NCBI GenBank assembly: GCA_050740035.1
Contig: JBOICJ010000063.1
Span: 1 to 32,074, forward strand
Direction of reading: 5' to 3'
From: Stenotrophobium sp.
GTDB lineage: Bacteria; Pseudomonadota; Gammaproteobacteria; Nevskiales; Nevskiaceae
DNA length: 32,074 nucleotides
Every line of letters starts with the position of its first letter. Positions within the stretch are counted from its first letter, which is position 1. The notes under the pieces are model-generated. The model had not been told where the DNA came from, ran no database searches, and saw nothing but the letters and a program-made list of their open reading frames with translations. Both the position numbers and the translations under genes were made by a program. Shown here in pieces: positions 1-8,861 of the stretch.

Positions 1-501
1 CAGTTCGACAGCCGCGAGGCGCTGCTGACGGCGGTCTACGACGATGCCGTCGCCTATACCCGCCGGTTCCTGCGCGAGGCGATACAACTGCCGGCCAGCA
101 GCGCCAGCGAACGCATCGCCAACGCGATTCGTGCGCTGGTGCGCGCCTATGCCGAAGACCCGCGCTACGGCCGCATCACCTGTATCGAAGTGGTCGGCGT
201 CAGCCCGGAACTGGAGCAGCACCGGCGCGAGGTGATCCACCAGTTCGCCAGCGTGGTCGAAGCCCACGCCGCAGCACTGGCACAGGCCGGCGAAGTGCCG
301 CAGCGCGATTACCACCTGTCCTGCGTCGCGTTGATGGGCGCGGTCAATGAGCTGCTGACCGAGTGGCTCAGCGTCGCGCAACCGCCGACCGCCGAGGAAC
401 TCACCGACGAGATGCTGTCGCTGTTGCAGGCGATGATCCTCGGCGCACAGGCGCATGTACCGGATCTGATGCGTGGCCGCCGGCTGACGGCTCGCCACTA
501 G
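1..501 (+). CDS. TetR/AcrR-family transcriptional regulator, 5'-truncated by window edge
   Basis: Frame 1 is open from base 1: QFDSREALLTAVYDDAV..., which matches the end of a TetR HTH (xF.s(k/r)eaLl). A helical C-terminal domain follows (ELEQHRREVIHQF...LMGAVNELLTEWL). Stop TAG at 499-501. Confidence 0.8.
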   Translation, partial: QFDSREALLTAVYDDAVAYTRRFLREAIQLPASSASERIANAIRALVRAYAEDPRYGRITCIEVVGVSPELEQHRREVIHQFASVVEAHAAALAQAGEVPQRDYHLSCVALMGAVNELLTEWLSVAQPPTAEELTDEMLSLLQAMILGAQAHVPDLMRGRRLTARH

Positions 502-561
502 ACGCACGCGCGCAACTTCGCCCACACCGGCCATCACCCGACAGGCGGGCGCCGGTTTCGC

Positions 562-588
562 TCAAGGTGCGACGCACGCAGCCGATAT
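562..588 (+). promoter_or_regulatory. sigma28 (FliA) promoter for the EAL gene
   Basis: TCAAG (562-566), 14-nt spacer, GCCGATAT (581-588), 30 nt upstream of ATG 619. Matches the TCAAG/TAAAG-N14-GCCGATAA FliA consensus. Confidence 0.8.
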
Positions 589-618
589 ACCCGAAGTATC
601 CCCGTGCAGGCCCGAACC

Positions 619-1866
619 ATGTCCGTCTCCGCATATGCCAAGTTGTTGCTGGACCTGCAGAAATGGAATTTCTATCCCAGCGCCGTGATGGTCTACATCG
701 ACGTGCGGCATATGCGCACGCTCAACCGCTTCGCCAGTCCGCAATACGGCGACAGCGTCATCGACAATGTTGCCAAGGTGGTCGCCGAATGGGCGGAGCC
801 GGCAGGCTTGTCCGTGCGCCTTTGGAGCAACGAGTTTGTTGCGGTCAAGGCGATCGATCATCCGCAGAGCGCGGCCGATGAAGCCGAGCTGCTGCGCAGC
901 ATGCTGACGACGATTCACTACCCGTCGCGGATCGGCAACAATCACCTCGCGGTGGCCATCGGCATGGCGATCATCACCCAGGACAGCCCGTGGATTCCGG
1001 CGCTGGAAGATGCCGCCGATGCCTGCGCGATTTCAAAAACACGCGGCATCAACCAAATCTACAGCTCCCGTGGCCGCAGCCCCGACAACAACGCCGACAT
1101 CGTGCGCGCACACTTGGTGGTCAATTTCCGCAGGCTGCTGACCGAAAACCGGCTGGTCCTGCATCCGCAGCCGATCATGGACATCCGCGACCACACGCCG
1201 CGACTGGCCAAGGCCGAATTCCTGATTCGCCAGAAGCAGGACGACAAGTTCGTGACGCTGCCGCATGAAACCATCGCCACGCTGGAGCATTTCGGCCTGT
1301 CGTCGGAACTGGACCGCTTCAGCTCGCGCTTCGTGCTCAACTGGTTGCAGGACAATCTTGCCGCCTTGCAGAAACTCGACAACATCTCGCTCAACCTGTC
1401 GGCAAAATCCATCAGCGACGGCAATTTCATGTACGCGCTGTATCGCGAAGTGCGCAACGCCGGCTTGCCGGCCGGCAAGCTCTGCTTTGAAATTACCGAG
1501 ACCGCGGCGATCGATCATCTGTCGGCCGCGCGCGACGCCATCGCCGATTTCAAGGCGATCGGCTGCAAATTCAGCCTCGACGATTTTGGCTCGGGCCTGT
1601 GCTCGTTCGGCTATCTACAGACGCTCGCGGTCGATGAAGTAAAAATCGATGGCCGCTTCATTCACGATCTGATCGAAAACAAGGTGTCGCAGCAGATCGT
1701 CCGCGCCATCCACCAGGTTGCGCGCGCCACCGGCAAGCTGACGGTTGCAGAATTCGTCAACACGCCGGAAAAGATGGCGATGATCAAAGAGATCGGCGTG
1801 GACTACGCGCAAGGCGCGCTGTTCTCGATGGCGACCGAGCCGCAGGACCTTCTGAACCGCCTCTGA
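619..1866 (+). CDS. c-di-GMP phosphodiesterase: degenerate GGDEF (WSNEF) + EAL domain
   Basis: N-terminal GGDEF-like fold (YIDVRHMRTLN...YGDSVI...RLWSNEFV...VAIG). EAL domain motifs QPI, AEFLIR, SLNLS, FEITET, LDDFGSG, KIDGRF, VAEFV, YAQG. Alternative GTG start at 604. Confidence 0.88.
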   Translation: MSVSAYAKLLLDLQKWNFYPSAVMVYIDVRHMRTLNRFASPQYGDSVIDNVAKVVAEWAEPAGLSVRLWSNEFVAVKAIDHPQSAADEAELLRSMLTTIHYPSRIGNNHLAVAIGMAIITQDSPWIPALEDAADACAISKTRGINQIYSSRGRSPDNNADIVRAHLVVNFRRLLTENRLVLHPQPIMDIRDHTPRLAKAEFLIRQKQDDKFVTLPHETIATLEHFGLSSELDRFSSRFVLNWLQDNLAALQKLDNISLNLSAKSISDGNFMYALYREVRNAGLPAGKLCFEITETAAIDHLSAARDAIADFKAIGCKFSLDDFGSGLCSFGYLQTLAVDEVKIDGRFIHDLIENKVSQQIVRAIHQVARATGKLTVAEFVNTPEKMAMIKEIGVDYAQGALFSMATEPQDLLNRL

Positions 1867-1960
1867 TTCGCGCTGGCGGTCATCCCATGCAGTTCATGCG
1901 CTCACGCCGGCTGGCGTGAATTCGGCATATCCGACCAGCCGTTATCCTCTCATGCAAACG

Positions 1961-1990
1961 CAAAAACGCCAGGCGGTAAAGCCTGGCGTT
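1961..1990 (-). terminator. Rho-independent terminator of the minus-strand che/mcp transcript
   Basis: Perfect 10-bp stem AACGCCAGGC (1965-1974) / GCCTGGCGTT (1981-1990) with a 6-nt loop. On the minus strand it runs into TTTTTG, and it lies ~23 nt after the receptor stop at 2014. Confidence 0.8.
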
Positions 1991-2013
1991 GGTGATATCG
2001 GCGTGGCGTTGGT

Positions 2014-3213
2014 TCAGAACAGATCAACGCCGCCCGGCTCCATTGACAACTGCGAGACCGGCTTGTGTGCCGGCTTGCGCCAGTCCTCTTTCGGCTCGGC
2101 TGCGGCTTGCAGCACGTGCAGCTTCGGCGCCTCGGCCTGCCGCGTGATGACCTTGCCTTCGAGCACTTGCTGAAGATTGGCGGCTTCCAGGTTGATGCAC
2201 TCCAGCCGCTTGATATGCCGACTGGCTGCAGCCAGCGCCTGCGTCGCGATATCCTCGAATTGCAGGCAGCGCACCGCCTTGGCCACCGAGTCGTTGATTT
2301 TCTGGCTGGCGCCGGAAACATCGCGGATGCCATCGGTGTAGACGTGGTTGATCTCCTCGACCTGCCCCAGCAGGCGGCCGACTTCGTCCTTGGCCTGCAC
2401 GCTCATGGTCATGTCGCGCGACGCCATGCTGCCGACGGTTTCGCGCACTTTTGCGATGGCGTCCTTGGAGCTGAACACCAGTTTGCGAATCTGTTCGTTG
2501 AAATTGGTCGAGCGCTCCGACAGGCTGCGCACTTCCTCGGCGACCACCGCAAACCCGCGCCCGGCTTCGCCGGCTCGCGCCGCTTCGATCGCGGCATTGA
2601 GCGCCAGCAGATTGGTCTGATCGGCAATCGACTTCACATCGCCGAGCAGGTCGAAGATGGCGTCGAGGTGGCGCACCATCGCGTCGATATTCTCGACCGT
2701 CGCCGAACTCTGCTTGCTGACCTGGCTGAGGACATCGACCAGTCCACCCATCAGCGAGCTGGCCATCTGCGAGAACTTGCGAATGGTCATGGCGTCCGGG
2801 TCATCGTCGCCGGCGCGATTGAGCACTCGCGACAGCGCCTCTTCCTGCAAGCGCGCCTGCTGGTTGAGCGACTCGAAACTCGCGGTCAACTGCGACGCCG
2901 CATCGCAGACCAGCGTTTTGACGCGATCGACTTCGCCGGTGACGCTGTGCATTTCCTCGGCCAGCCCGCCGCGCAGTTCTTCGAGCAGATGGTGGTGCTT
3001 GATGGTCGATTGCAGTCGGTCCTGCTCTTGCGCACGCAGGGTCAATAACGCCTGACCCAGGTGCCAGCCGCTGGCCAGCCAGCCGCCGATCATGGCCAGC
3101 AGCGTCAGCCAGACGACGGCGAGAGACAGGCCCAGCCCCTGCGCGCAGAGGTGCAACGCGGTCAGCGCCAGGGGCAGCGAAAACAGTTTGACGACTTGCA
3201 TTTTCATATTCAT
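2014..3213 (-). CDS. McpA-like methyl-accepting chemotaxis protein (two N-terminal TM helices, no periplasmic sensor, short signalling domain)
   Basis: Hairpin-tip motif [37 protein letters not shown]. Two adjacent hydrophobic helices at the N-terminus. C-terminus [15 protein letters not shown]. Start chosen at ATG 3213 because GGAG lies 7 nt upstream; the ORF-track start at 3435 overlaps cheB. Confidence 0.88.
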   Translation of the reverse strand: MNMKMQVVKLFSLPLALTALHLCAQGLGLSLAVVWLTLLAMIGGWLASGWHLGQALLTLRAQEQDRLQSTIKHHHLLEELRGGLAEEMHSVTGEVDRVKTLVCDAASQLTASFESLNQQARLQEEALSRVLNRAGDDDPDAMTIRKFSQMASSLMGGLVDVLSQVSKQSSATVENIDAMVRHLDAIFDLLGDVKSIADQTNLLALNAAIEAARAGEAGRGFAVVAEEVRSLSERSTNFNEQIRKLVFSSKDAIAKVRETVGSMASRDMTMSVQAKDEVGRLLGQVEEINHVYTDGIRDVSGASQKINDSVAKAVRCLQFEDIATQALAAASRHIKRLECINLEAANLQQVLEGKVITRQAEAPKLHVLQAAAEPKEDWRKPAHKPVSQLSMEPGGVDLF

Positions 3214-3250
3214 TCCCAGGCTCCGCGAGAAGACCGTTTTATTGATAGCG

Positions 3251-3277
3251 ATATCGGCCAATGAACCGATTCCTTGA
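3251..3277 (-). promoter_or_regulatory. sigma28 (FliA) promoter for the McpA-like receptor
   Basis: Minus strand reads TCAAG (3277-3273), 14-nt spacer, GCCGATAT (3258-3251) in the cheB-mcp intergenic gap. Confidence 0.8.
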
Positions 3278-3286
3278 ATGCGTCCG

Positions 3287-4336
3287 TCACCGGCTGGCCA
3301 GCGCCAGAGTTTCGGCAGCGATACTTTCCAGAGGCAAGAGTCGTTCCACGGCGTCGATCTTGTACGCCGAGCCCGGCATGCCCCAGACCACGCAGGTGGC
3401 TTCATCCTGAGCCAGCGTGTGGGCGCCGGCGTCACGCATCAGCTTGAGGCCGCGCGCGCCGTCGTCGCCCATGCCGGTGAGGATCACACCCACCGCGTTT
3501 TGGCCGGCGTGCTCCGACACCGAGCGAAACAGCACATCGACGCTGGGCCGGTGACGATTGACCGGCTCGTCCTGATTCAGCCGGCAGACATAGCGTGCGC
3601 CGTCGCGCGCCACCTGCATGTGCAAGCCGCCGGGCGCGATATAGACGTGTCCCGGCACGATCATCTGGCCGTCGTGCGCTTCGCACACCGACATCGCGCA
3701 ACTGCGATTCATGCGCTCGGCAAACGGGCCGCTGAATTGCGCCGGAATATGCTGGGTGATGACGATCGCCGGTGCATCCGGCGGCATGCCCTCGAGCACC
3801 ACCTTGATCGCCTCGGTGCCGCCGGTGGAGGCGCCGATCGCGATCAGCCGCTCGGTGGTTCTGAATTTGCGCGGCCCGTTCTTGGCTGGCGCCGCCGGCA
3901 CCGGCCCACCGGAACGCAGCAGCGCCGGACCGCGCATGCGCGCACCTGCGGCCGCCTTGATTTTTTCGCAGAGGTCGTCGGCGTAGGCGTTGAGGCCGTT
4001 GGCGACATCGAGTTTGGGTTTGGTGACGAAATCGACAGCGCCCATTTCCAGCGCCTGCAAGGTCACGTCGGCGCCGCGCTCGGTGAGCGACGACACCATC
4101 ACCACCGGCAGCGGGTGCAGACGCATCAGATTTTCGAGGAAAGTCAGGCCGTCCATGCGCGGCATTTCGACATCCAGCGTCAGTACGTCCGGCGACAGCT
4201 GCTTGATCTTGTCGCGCGCCACCAACGGGTCCTGCGCGGTGCCGACCACGGTTATCGCCGCATCGCGCGACAGGATATCCACCAGCAGTTTGCGCACCAG
4301 CGCGGAGTCGTCAATGATCAGTACACGTATGGCCAT
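3287..4336 (-). CDS. cheB: Chemotaxis response regulator protein-glutamate methylesterase CheB
   Basis: REC domain ([21 protein letters not shown]) plus esterase motifs [26 protein letters not shown]. Confidence 0.97.
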   Translation of the reverse strand: MAIRVLIIDDSALVRKLLVDILSRDAAITVVGTAQDPLVARDKIKQLSPDVLTLDVEMPRMDGLTFLENLMRLHPLPVVMVSSLTERGADVTLQALEMGAVDFVTKPKLDVANGLNAYADDLCEKIKAAAGARMRGPALLRSGGPVPAAPAKNGPRKFRTTERLIAIGASTGGTEAIKVVLEGMPPDAPAIVITQHIPAQFSGPFAERMNRSCAMSVCEAHDGQMIVPGHVYIAPGGLHMQVARDGARYVCRLNQDEPVNRHRPSVDVLFRSVSEHAGQNAVGVILTGMGDDGARGLKLMRDAGAHTLAQDEATCVVWGMPGSAYKIDAVERLLPLESIAAETLALASR

Positions 4337-4339
4337 GGC

Positions 4340-4993
4340 TTAATCGAACAACTCGACATCGCCGCCAACCGGCGCGCGTTGCAAAGTCTCCTGGTAACGG
4401 CGTTCAGCATCGATATCGGAACGGTTCTGCGCGACGCTGAGTCGCATGACCAGAACGCGCCCCGTCCTTGGAAAATAAACAATCTTGCGCGGCTGATTGC
4501 CGCCCAGGTCTTCGGCCACGATCGGAATCTGTTCGTTGCACAGATAATTTCTGGCGAACTCGGCATTGCGCATGCCGACATCGAGCGTCGCCATGCCCGG
4601 CAGCACATTACCGCCGCCGAACACCTTGGCTTCGAGAAAGCGCCGCCGCGCACCCTGCTTAAGCAGCTCGTTGATCAGCACTTCCATCGCATAGCCGCCA
4701 TAGCGCGCCGAGGTGACGTTGGCCGAACTCAGTTCGGACTCCGCCAGCATGAAATGATTGATGCCGCCGACGCCGGCCTGCGCATCGCGCAGACAGGCCG
4801 AGACACAGGAACCCAGCGTGGTCGCCAGGCCCATGTCGTCACGGGTGACTTGAAAATCGCCGGGCAGCACGCGTGCAATCTGTGCGCCCAGTCGTGAGTC
4901 GAAGTAACGCCGACCGCTGGCGCCGTGCACGCTGCGCTCGGCCCAGGCGTCAACGCCCGGCGTATCCGTCGCCCTGCGCGCCTGCGCGCTCAT
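4340..4993 (-). CDS. cheD: Chemoreceptor glutamine deamidase CheD
   Basis: Motifs TTLGSCVSAC, GGINHFML, ARYGGYAME.LIN, AKVFGGG, EDLGG. ATG 4993 overlaps the cheR stop (ATGA). Confidence 0.95.
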   Translation of the reverse strand: MSAQARRATDTPGVDAWAERSVHGASGRRYFDSRLGAQIARVLPGDFQVTRDDMGLATTLGSCVSACLRDAQAGVGGINHFMLAESELSSANVTSARYGGYAMEVLINELLKQGARRRFLEAKVFGGGNVLPGMATLDVGMRNAEFARNYLCNEQIPIVAEDLGGNQPRKIVYFPRTGRVLVMRLSVAQNRSDIDAERRYQETLQRAPVGGDVELFD

Positions 4994-5901
4994 GGCTGCG
5001 CCGCCAGCGCAACCGGCCGCCGTGCGATGGCCGCCACCGCCTGAGTCGCCGGCGCGTAGACGCTGCGGCCACAGGGGCGAAACAGGTCGGCGGCGTGGAA
5101 GAAACTCTCGGAATGACCGCAGAACAACAGACTGTCGTTGGCCAGCAGCGGACGCATGCGCTTGAGAATCCCGTACTGCGTCGGCTTGTCGAAATAGATC
5201 ATGACATTGCGGCAGAAGATCGCGTCGTAAGGCCCACGCAGCGGCCATTGCTCCTGCAACAGATTGAACTGCCGGAAGGTAATGAGCTCACGCAGCGCGT
5301 CGATCACGCGGACGTTGCCGGCATTGTCGCCAGCGCCTTTGCGGAAGAATTTTTTCAGCCGCTGCTGGGTCATGCGCTCGATGCGGTCGGCGACATACAC
5401 GCCGTTGCTGGCGATATCGAGCACATGCGTATCGATATCGGTCGCCAGAATCCGCACCGGCGGCGTCAGCGTGCCGAACGCTTCGGCGGCGGTGATGGCG
5501 ATGGAGTACGGCTCCTCGCCGGTCGAGGACGCCGACGACCAGATCAACAGTTTGCGCCCAGGATTAGCGGCGTGACGCTTGCGCAACAGGCTCGCCAGCG
5601 TGTCAAAGTGGTGTGCCTCGCGGAAGAACGAGGTCAGATTGGTGGTCAGCGCGTTGGTGAACTGCTCCCACTCCGGCGACTCCGGCTGGTCCTGCAAGGC
5701 TTGCAGATACTCGTTGATGTTCCTCAGGCCCAGTGCCCGCAGCCGCCGCGACAGCCGGCTGTAAACCATATCAGCCTTGGAGTCCGACAGCGAGATGCCG
5801 GCGCGGGCATAAATCATCTCGCAGACTTTTTTGAAATCGCGCGGCTCGTAACCGAATTCGCGCTCACGCTCGTTCACCGCTTTTGATTTTGTCGAGTCCA
5901 T
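4990..5901 (-). CDS. cheR: Chemotaxis methyltransferase CheR (likely pentapeptide-binding type)
   Basis: LTTNLTSFFRE, WSSASSTGEEPYS, ATDID, IFCRNVMIYFD, GHSES. Gly-rich beta-subdomain FFRKGAGDNAGNVRV resembles enteric pentapeptide-dependent CheR. Confidence 0.97.
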   Translation of the reverse strand: MDSTKSKAVNEREREFGYEPRDFKKVCEMIYARAGISLSDSKADMVYSRLSRRLRALGLRNINEYLQALQDQPESPEWEQFTNALTTNLTSFFREAHHFDTLASLLRKRHAANPGRKLLIWSSASSTGEEPYSIAITAAEAFGTLTPPVRILATDIDTHVLDIASNGVYVADRIERMTQQRLKKFFRKGAGDNAGNVRVIDALRELITFRQFNLLQEQWPLRGPYDAIFCRNVMIYFDKPTQYGILKRMRPLLANDSLLFCGHSESFFHAADLFRPCGRSVYAPATQAVAAIARRPVALAAQP

Positions 5902-5946
5902 GATCGTTGCCGGGTGATATGCAAGTGGACAAAGGTGAGCCGCTGG

Positions 5947-5970
5947 CCCGGCCTGAGGGTTCAGGCCGGG
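5947..5970. other. Intergenic stem-loop between receptor gene and cheR
   Basis: Perfect 10-bp stem CCCGGCCTGA / TCAGGCCGGG with a GGGT loop; no U-tract on either side. Confidence 0.65.
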
Positions 5971-5984
5971 TCATCTGACTACAA

Positions 5985-8288
5985 TCAGAACTCGCTCCAC
6001 TGTTCTTCCGACTTCGCAGCCGGCGCCTTGTGGCCATTGGTGCCGTTGAGACGTGTCGGCGCGGCTACCAGCGGTTTCTTGACCCCGCGAACAATCGCTG
6101 CGGGCCTGACCGTGGGCTTGATCGGCGCCCTGACCGCAGCAGGCGCTACCGACTTGGGTTTGGCCGGCTCGTCGCTCTCACCGCTGATGCGATATTGCGC
6201 GACCGCCGAGACCAGTCCACCGGCCTGCTCTTCCATCGAGCGGGCCGAGGCCGAGGCCTCTTCCACCAGCGCGGCATTCTGCTGGGTGACTTCATCCATC
6301 TGCGTGATGGCCTGGTTGACCTGCTCGATGCCGGCGCTCTGTTCCTGCGACGCCGCAGTGATTTCGCCCATGATGTCGGTGACGCGTTTCACCGAGTTGA
6401 CGATTTCCTCCATCGTCTGACCGGCCTGCGCCACCAGCTTGGTGCCGGTATCGACCTTGCCGACGCTGTCGCCGATCAGGGTCTTGATCTCCTTGGCGGC
6501 ACCGGCGCTGCGCTGTGCGAGGCTGCGCACTTCCGCTGCCACCACCGCAAAGCCGCGGCCCTGTTCGCCGGCGCGTGCAGCTTCCACCGCAGCGTTGAGC
6601 GCGAGGATATTGGTCTGGAAGGCGATGCCGTCGATGACGCCGATGATGTCGGAAATCTTGCGTGAAGATTCGTTGATCGCGCTCATGGTGGTGACCACTT
6701 CGCCGACCACCTTGCCGCCCTTGACCGCGATGTCGCTGGCGCCGATGGCGAGCTGGTTGGCCTGTTTGGCGTTCTCGGCGTTCTGCTTCACGGTCGAGGT
6801 CAGCTCTTCCATGCTCGAAGCGGTTTCTTCCAGCGAAGACGCCTGCTCCTCGGTGCGCTGCGACAGGTCGGTATTGCCGGCGGCGATTTCACGCGCCGCG
6901 GTGTTGATGGTGTCGGACGAGACCTTGATCTGACCGACGAGGCTTTCCATGCCCTCGACAATGGTGTTGATGCCTTCGCACAGATCCTTGATCGAACCAT
7001 CCTTGCCATCGGTCGGGATGCGCTCGGTCAGATCGCCGTTCTTGGCGGCCATCACCACCGCTTGCGATTCCTCCACCGCCGCTTGCAGCGCCTGGCTGGC
7101 GCGCACCTGCGCGGTCACGTCGGTGGCGTATTTCACCACCTTGAACGGTTTGCCGTTCATGTCGAGAATCGGGTTGTAGGACGCCTGAATCCAGACCTCC
7201 TTGCCGCCCTTGCCGATGCGCTTGAACTGGCCGGACTGATATTCGCCGCGACCGAGTTGCTCCCAGAACAAACGGTACTCCGGCGAACTGCGGTGTGCGG
7301 GTTCGGCAAACATGCTGTGATGCTGGCCCTTGATCTCATCCTGGGTGTAACCCAGCACACTCAGAAAATTCTCATTGGCGTGGACGATCTTGCCGTCGAG
7401 CGTGAACTCGATCACCGCCTGCGCCTTGCCGATCGCGGCCAACTGGCCTTCGTAGTCGGCGGCCTGGAGTTTCGACGCGGTGATATCGGTTGCGTATTTC
7501 ACCACCTTGAACGGCTTGCCGCTCATGTCGAGAATCGGGTTATAGGACGCCTGGATCCAGACCTCCTTGCCGCCCTTGCCGATGCGCTTGAACTGCCCGG
7601 AATGATATTCGCCGCGGCCGAGTTTTTCCCAGAACAGACGGTATTCGGCACTGGCGCGGTAGGCCGACTCGACAAAAATGCTGTGATGCTGGCCCTTGAC
7701 CTCATCCAGGGTATAGCCCAGCACGCTCAGGAAATTCTCATTGGCGTGGACGATCTTGCCGTCGAGCGTGAACTCGATCACCGCCTGCGCCTTGCCGATG
7801 GCTTCAAGTTGTCCCTCGAAATCCGCGTTGCGTAATTTCTGTGCGGTGATGTCGGTCGCAAGCTTGACGACCTTGCAGGTCTTGCCGCTCTGATCGAGGA
7901 TCGGGTTGTAGGACGCTTGTATCCAGATTTCCTTGCCGCCCTTGCCGATGCGCTTGAACTGCCCGGATTCGTATTCGCCGCGACCGAGTTTTTCCCAGAA
8001 CAGGTGGTATTCGGCGCTGGCGCGGTAGGTCGCCTCGACGAATATGCCGTGATGCTGGCCCTTGACCTCATCCAGCGTATAGCCCAGCGCGTTGAGGAAA
8101 TTATCGTTGGCGTGGATGATCTTGCCGTCCGGGGTGAACTCGATCACCGCCTGCGATTTACCGATCGCAGCCAGCTGGCTTTCCAGCTCGAACAGCTTCT
8201 GAGCATTGTTGTTACTGGGGACACGCGCGGCGGCTTTCTTGACCGGCTTGGCGGCGGGCTTCTTGGCGGAAACGATTTTCTTGCTCAT
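5985..8288 (-). CDS. Soluble methyl-accepting chemotaxis protein with three tandem PAS domains, HAMP-like segment, signalling domain and C-terminal pentapeptide QWSEF
   Basis: No TM segment. Three repeats of AVIEF..DGKI.HAN.NFL..LGY...[32 protein letters not shown]. Signalling tip [30 protein letters not shown]. Ends EEQWSEF. AGGA RBS precedes ATG 8288 (alternative start 8300). Confidence 0.95.
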   Translation of the reverse strand: MSKKIVSAKKPAAKPVKKAAARVPSNNNAQKLFELESQLAAIGKSQAVIEFTPDGKIIHANDNFLNALGYTLDEVKGQHHGIFVEATYRASAEYHLFWEKLGRGEYESGQFKRIGKGGKEIWIQASYNPILDQSGKTCKVVKLATDITAQKLRNADFEGQLEAIGKAQAVIEFTLDGKIVHANENFLSVLGYTLDEVKGQHHSIFVESAYRASAEYRLFWEKLGRGEYHSGQFKRIGKGGKEVWIQASYNPILDMSGKPFKVVKYATDITASKLQAADYEGQLAAIGKAQAVIEFTLDGKIVHANENFLSVLGYTQDEIKGQHHSMFAEPAHRSSPEYRLFWEQLGRGEYQSGQFKRIGKGGKEVWIQASYNPILDMNGKPFKVVKYATDVTAQVRASQALQAAVEESQAVVMAAKNGDLTERIPTDGKDGSIKDLCEGINTIVEGMESLVGQIKVSSDTINTAAREIAAGNTDLSQRTEEQASSLEETASSMEELTSTVKQNAENAKQANQLAIGASDIAVKGGKVVGEVVTTMSAINESSRKISDIIGVIDGIAFQTNILALNAAVEAARAGEQGRGFAVVAAEVRSLAQRSAGAAKEIKTLIGDSVGKVDTGTKLVAQAGQTMEEIVNSVKRVTDIMGEITAASQEQSAGIEQVNQAITQMDEVTQQNAALVEEASASARSMEEQAGGLVSAVAQYRISGESDEPAKPKSVAPAAVRAPIKPTVRPAAIVRGVKKPLVAAPTRLNGTNGHKAPAAKSEEQWSEF
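7100..8185 (-). repeat. Three tandem 366-bp (122-codon) PAS-coding repeats
   Basis: Anchor AACTCGATCACCGCCTGCG occurs at 7405, 7771 and 8137 (period 366). Block 7366-7433 is identical to 7732-7799 (68 bp). Boundaries approximate. Confidence 0.9.
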
Positions 8289-8310
8289 GACATTCCTCAT
8301 TGGAGACGTG

Positions 8311-8841
8311 TTAGTGCTGGGTGTTGCTGTCGGCCGTGGCAGGCAGTAACGCCATGTCCTCGGAGCGCAGCAATTTTTCGATATCGACCAGAATCAGCAT
8401 GCGATCTTCCAGCGTGCCCAATCCGGTAATGAAACGGGTATCCATGGCGCCGCCGAATTCGGGCGCGGGCCGGATGTTTTCTGCCGACAGGTGCATGACA
8501 TCGGAGACGCTGTCCACCACCACGCCGACCACCCGCTTTTCGATATTGAGGATGATCATTACGGTAAACTGGTTGTAGTCGGCGGTGCCCAGATGAAACT
8601 TGATGCGCAGATCGACCACCGGCACGATGGTGCCGCGCAGATTGATCACGCCTTTGATGAACGCCGGCGCGTCCGGAATCTTGGTCACGGTGTCGTAACC
8701 GCGGATCTCCTGGACTTTGAGAATATCGACGCCGTATTCCTCGTCGCCGAGGGTAAACGTCAGATACTCGCGCAGGTCGGCCGCCGTCATCGCTTGACGA
8801 CTGCCGCTTGCCATTTCCATCGATACTTCCTGGCCCATCAT
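8311..8841 (-). CDS. cheW: Chemotaxis coupling protein CheW (second, F7-like system)
   Basis: [26 protein letters not shown]...[16 protein letters not shown]...[16 protein letters not shown] 7 nt upstream. Confidence 0.96.
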   Translation of the reverse strand: MMGQEVSMEMASGSRQAMTAADLREYLTFTLGDEEYGVDILKVQEIRGYDTVTKIPDAPAFIKGVINLRGTIVPVVDLRIKFHLGTADYNQFTVMIILNIEKRVVGVVVDSVSDVMHLSAENIRPAPEFGGAMDTRFITGLGTLEDRMLILVDIEKLLRSEDMALLPATADSNTQH

Positions 8842-8861
8842 GTGTGTTCTCCTGGTATTTT

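Noticed and set aside
1..1866. TetR and EAL ORFs share a reading frame separated by one TAG (possible read-through or split fusion)
   Set aside because: One-in-three chance. The spacer is not protein-like and contains a good sigma28 promoter, so these are two genes.
1902..1919. 7-bp hairpin TCACGCC/GGCGTGA after the EAL gene as terminator
   Set aside because: No U-tract and short for a GC-rich genome; not enough support.
1995..2002. Additional GCCGATAT (minus strand) that could drive antisense RNA to the EAL gene
   Set aside because: No matching -35 box at the right spacing, and the terminator lies immediately downstream.
3214..3435. ORF-track N-terminal extensions of mcp, cheD (to 5248), cheZ (to 19289), fliA (to 20316) and fliO (to 28616)
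   Set aside because: They overlap upstream genes. Downstream starts with an RBS or stop/start coupling fit family lengths better.
5927..5939. GACAA(A)GG(TGAG) recurring in three intergenic regions (5927-5939, 11693-11701, 19461-19471)
   Set aside because: Short, with variable distance to start codons and no symmetry; cannot be told from chance without a genome-wide count.
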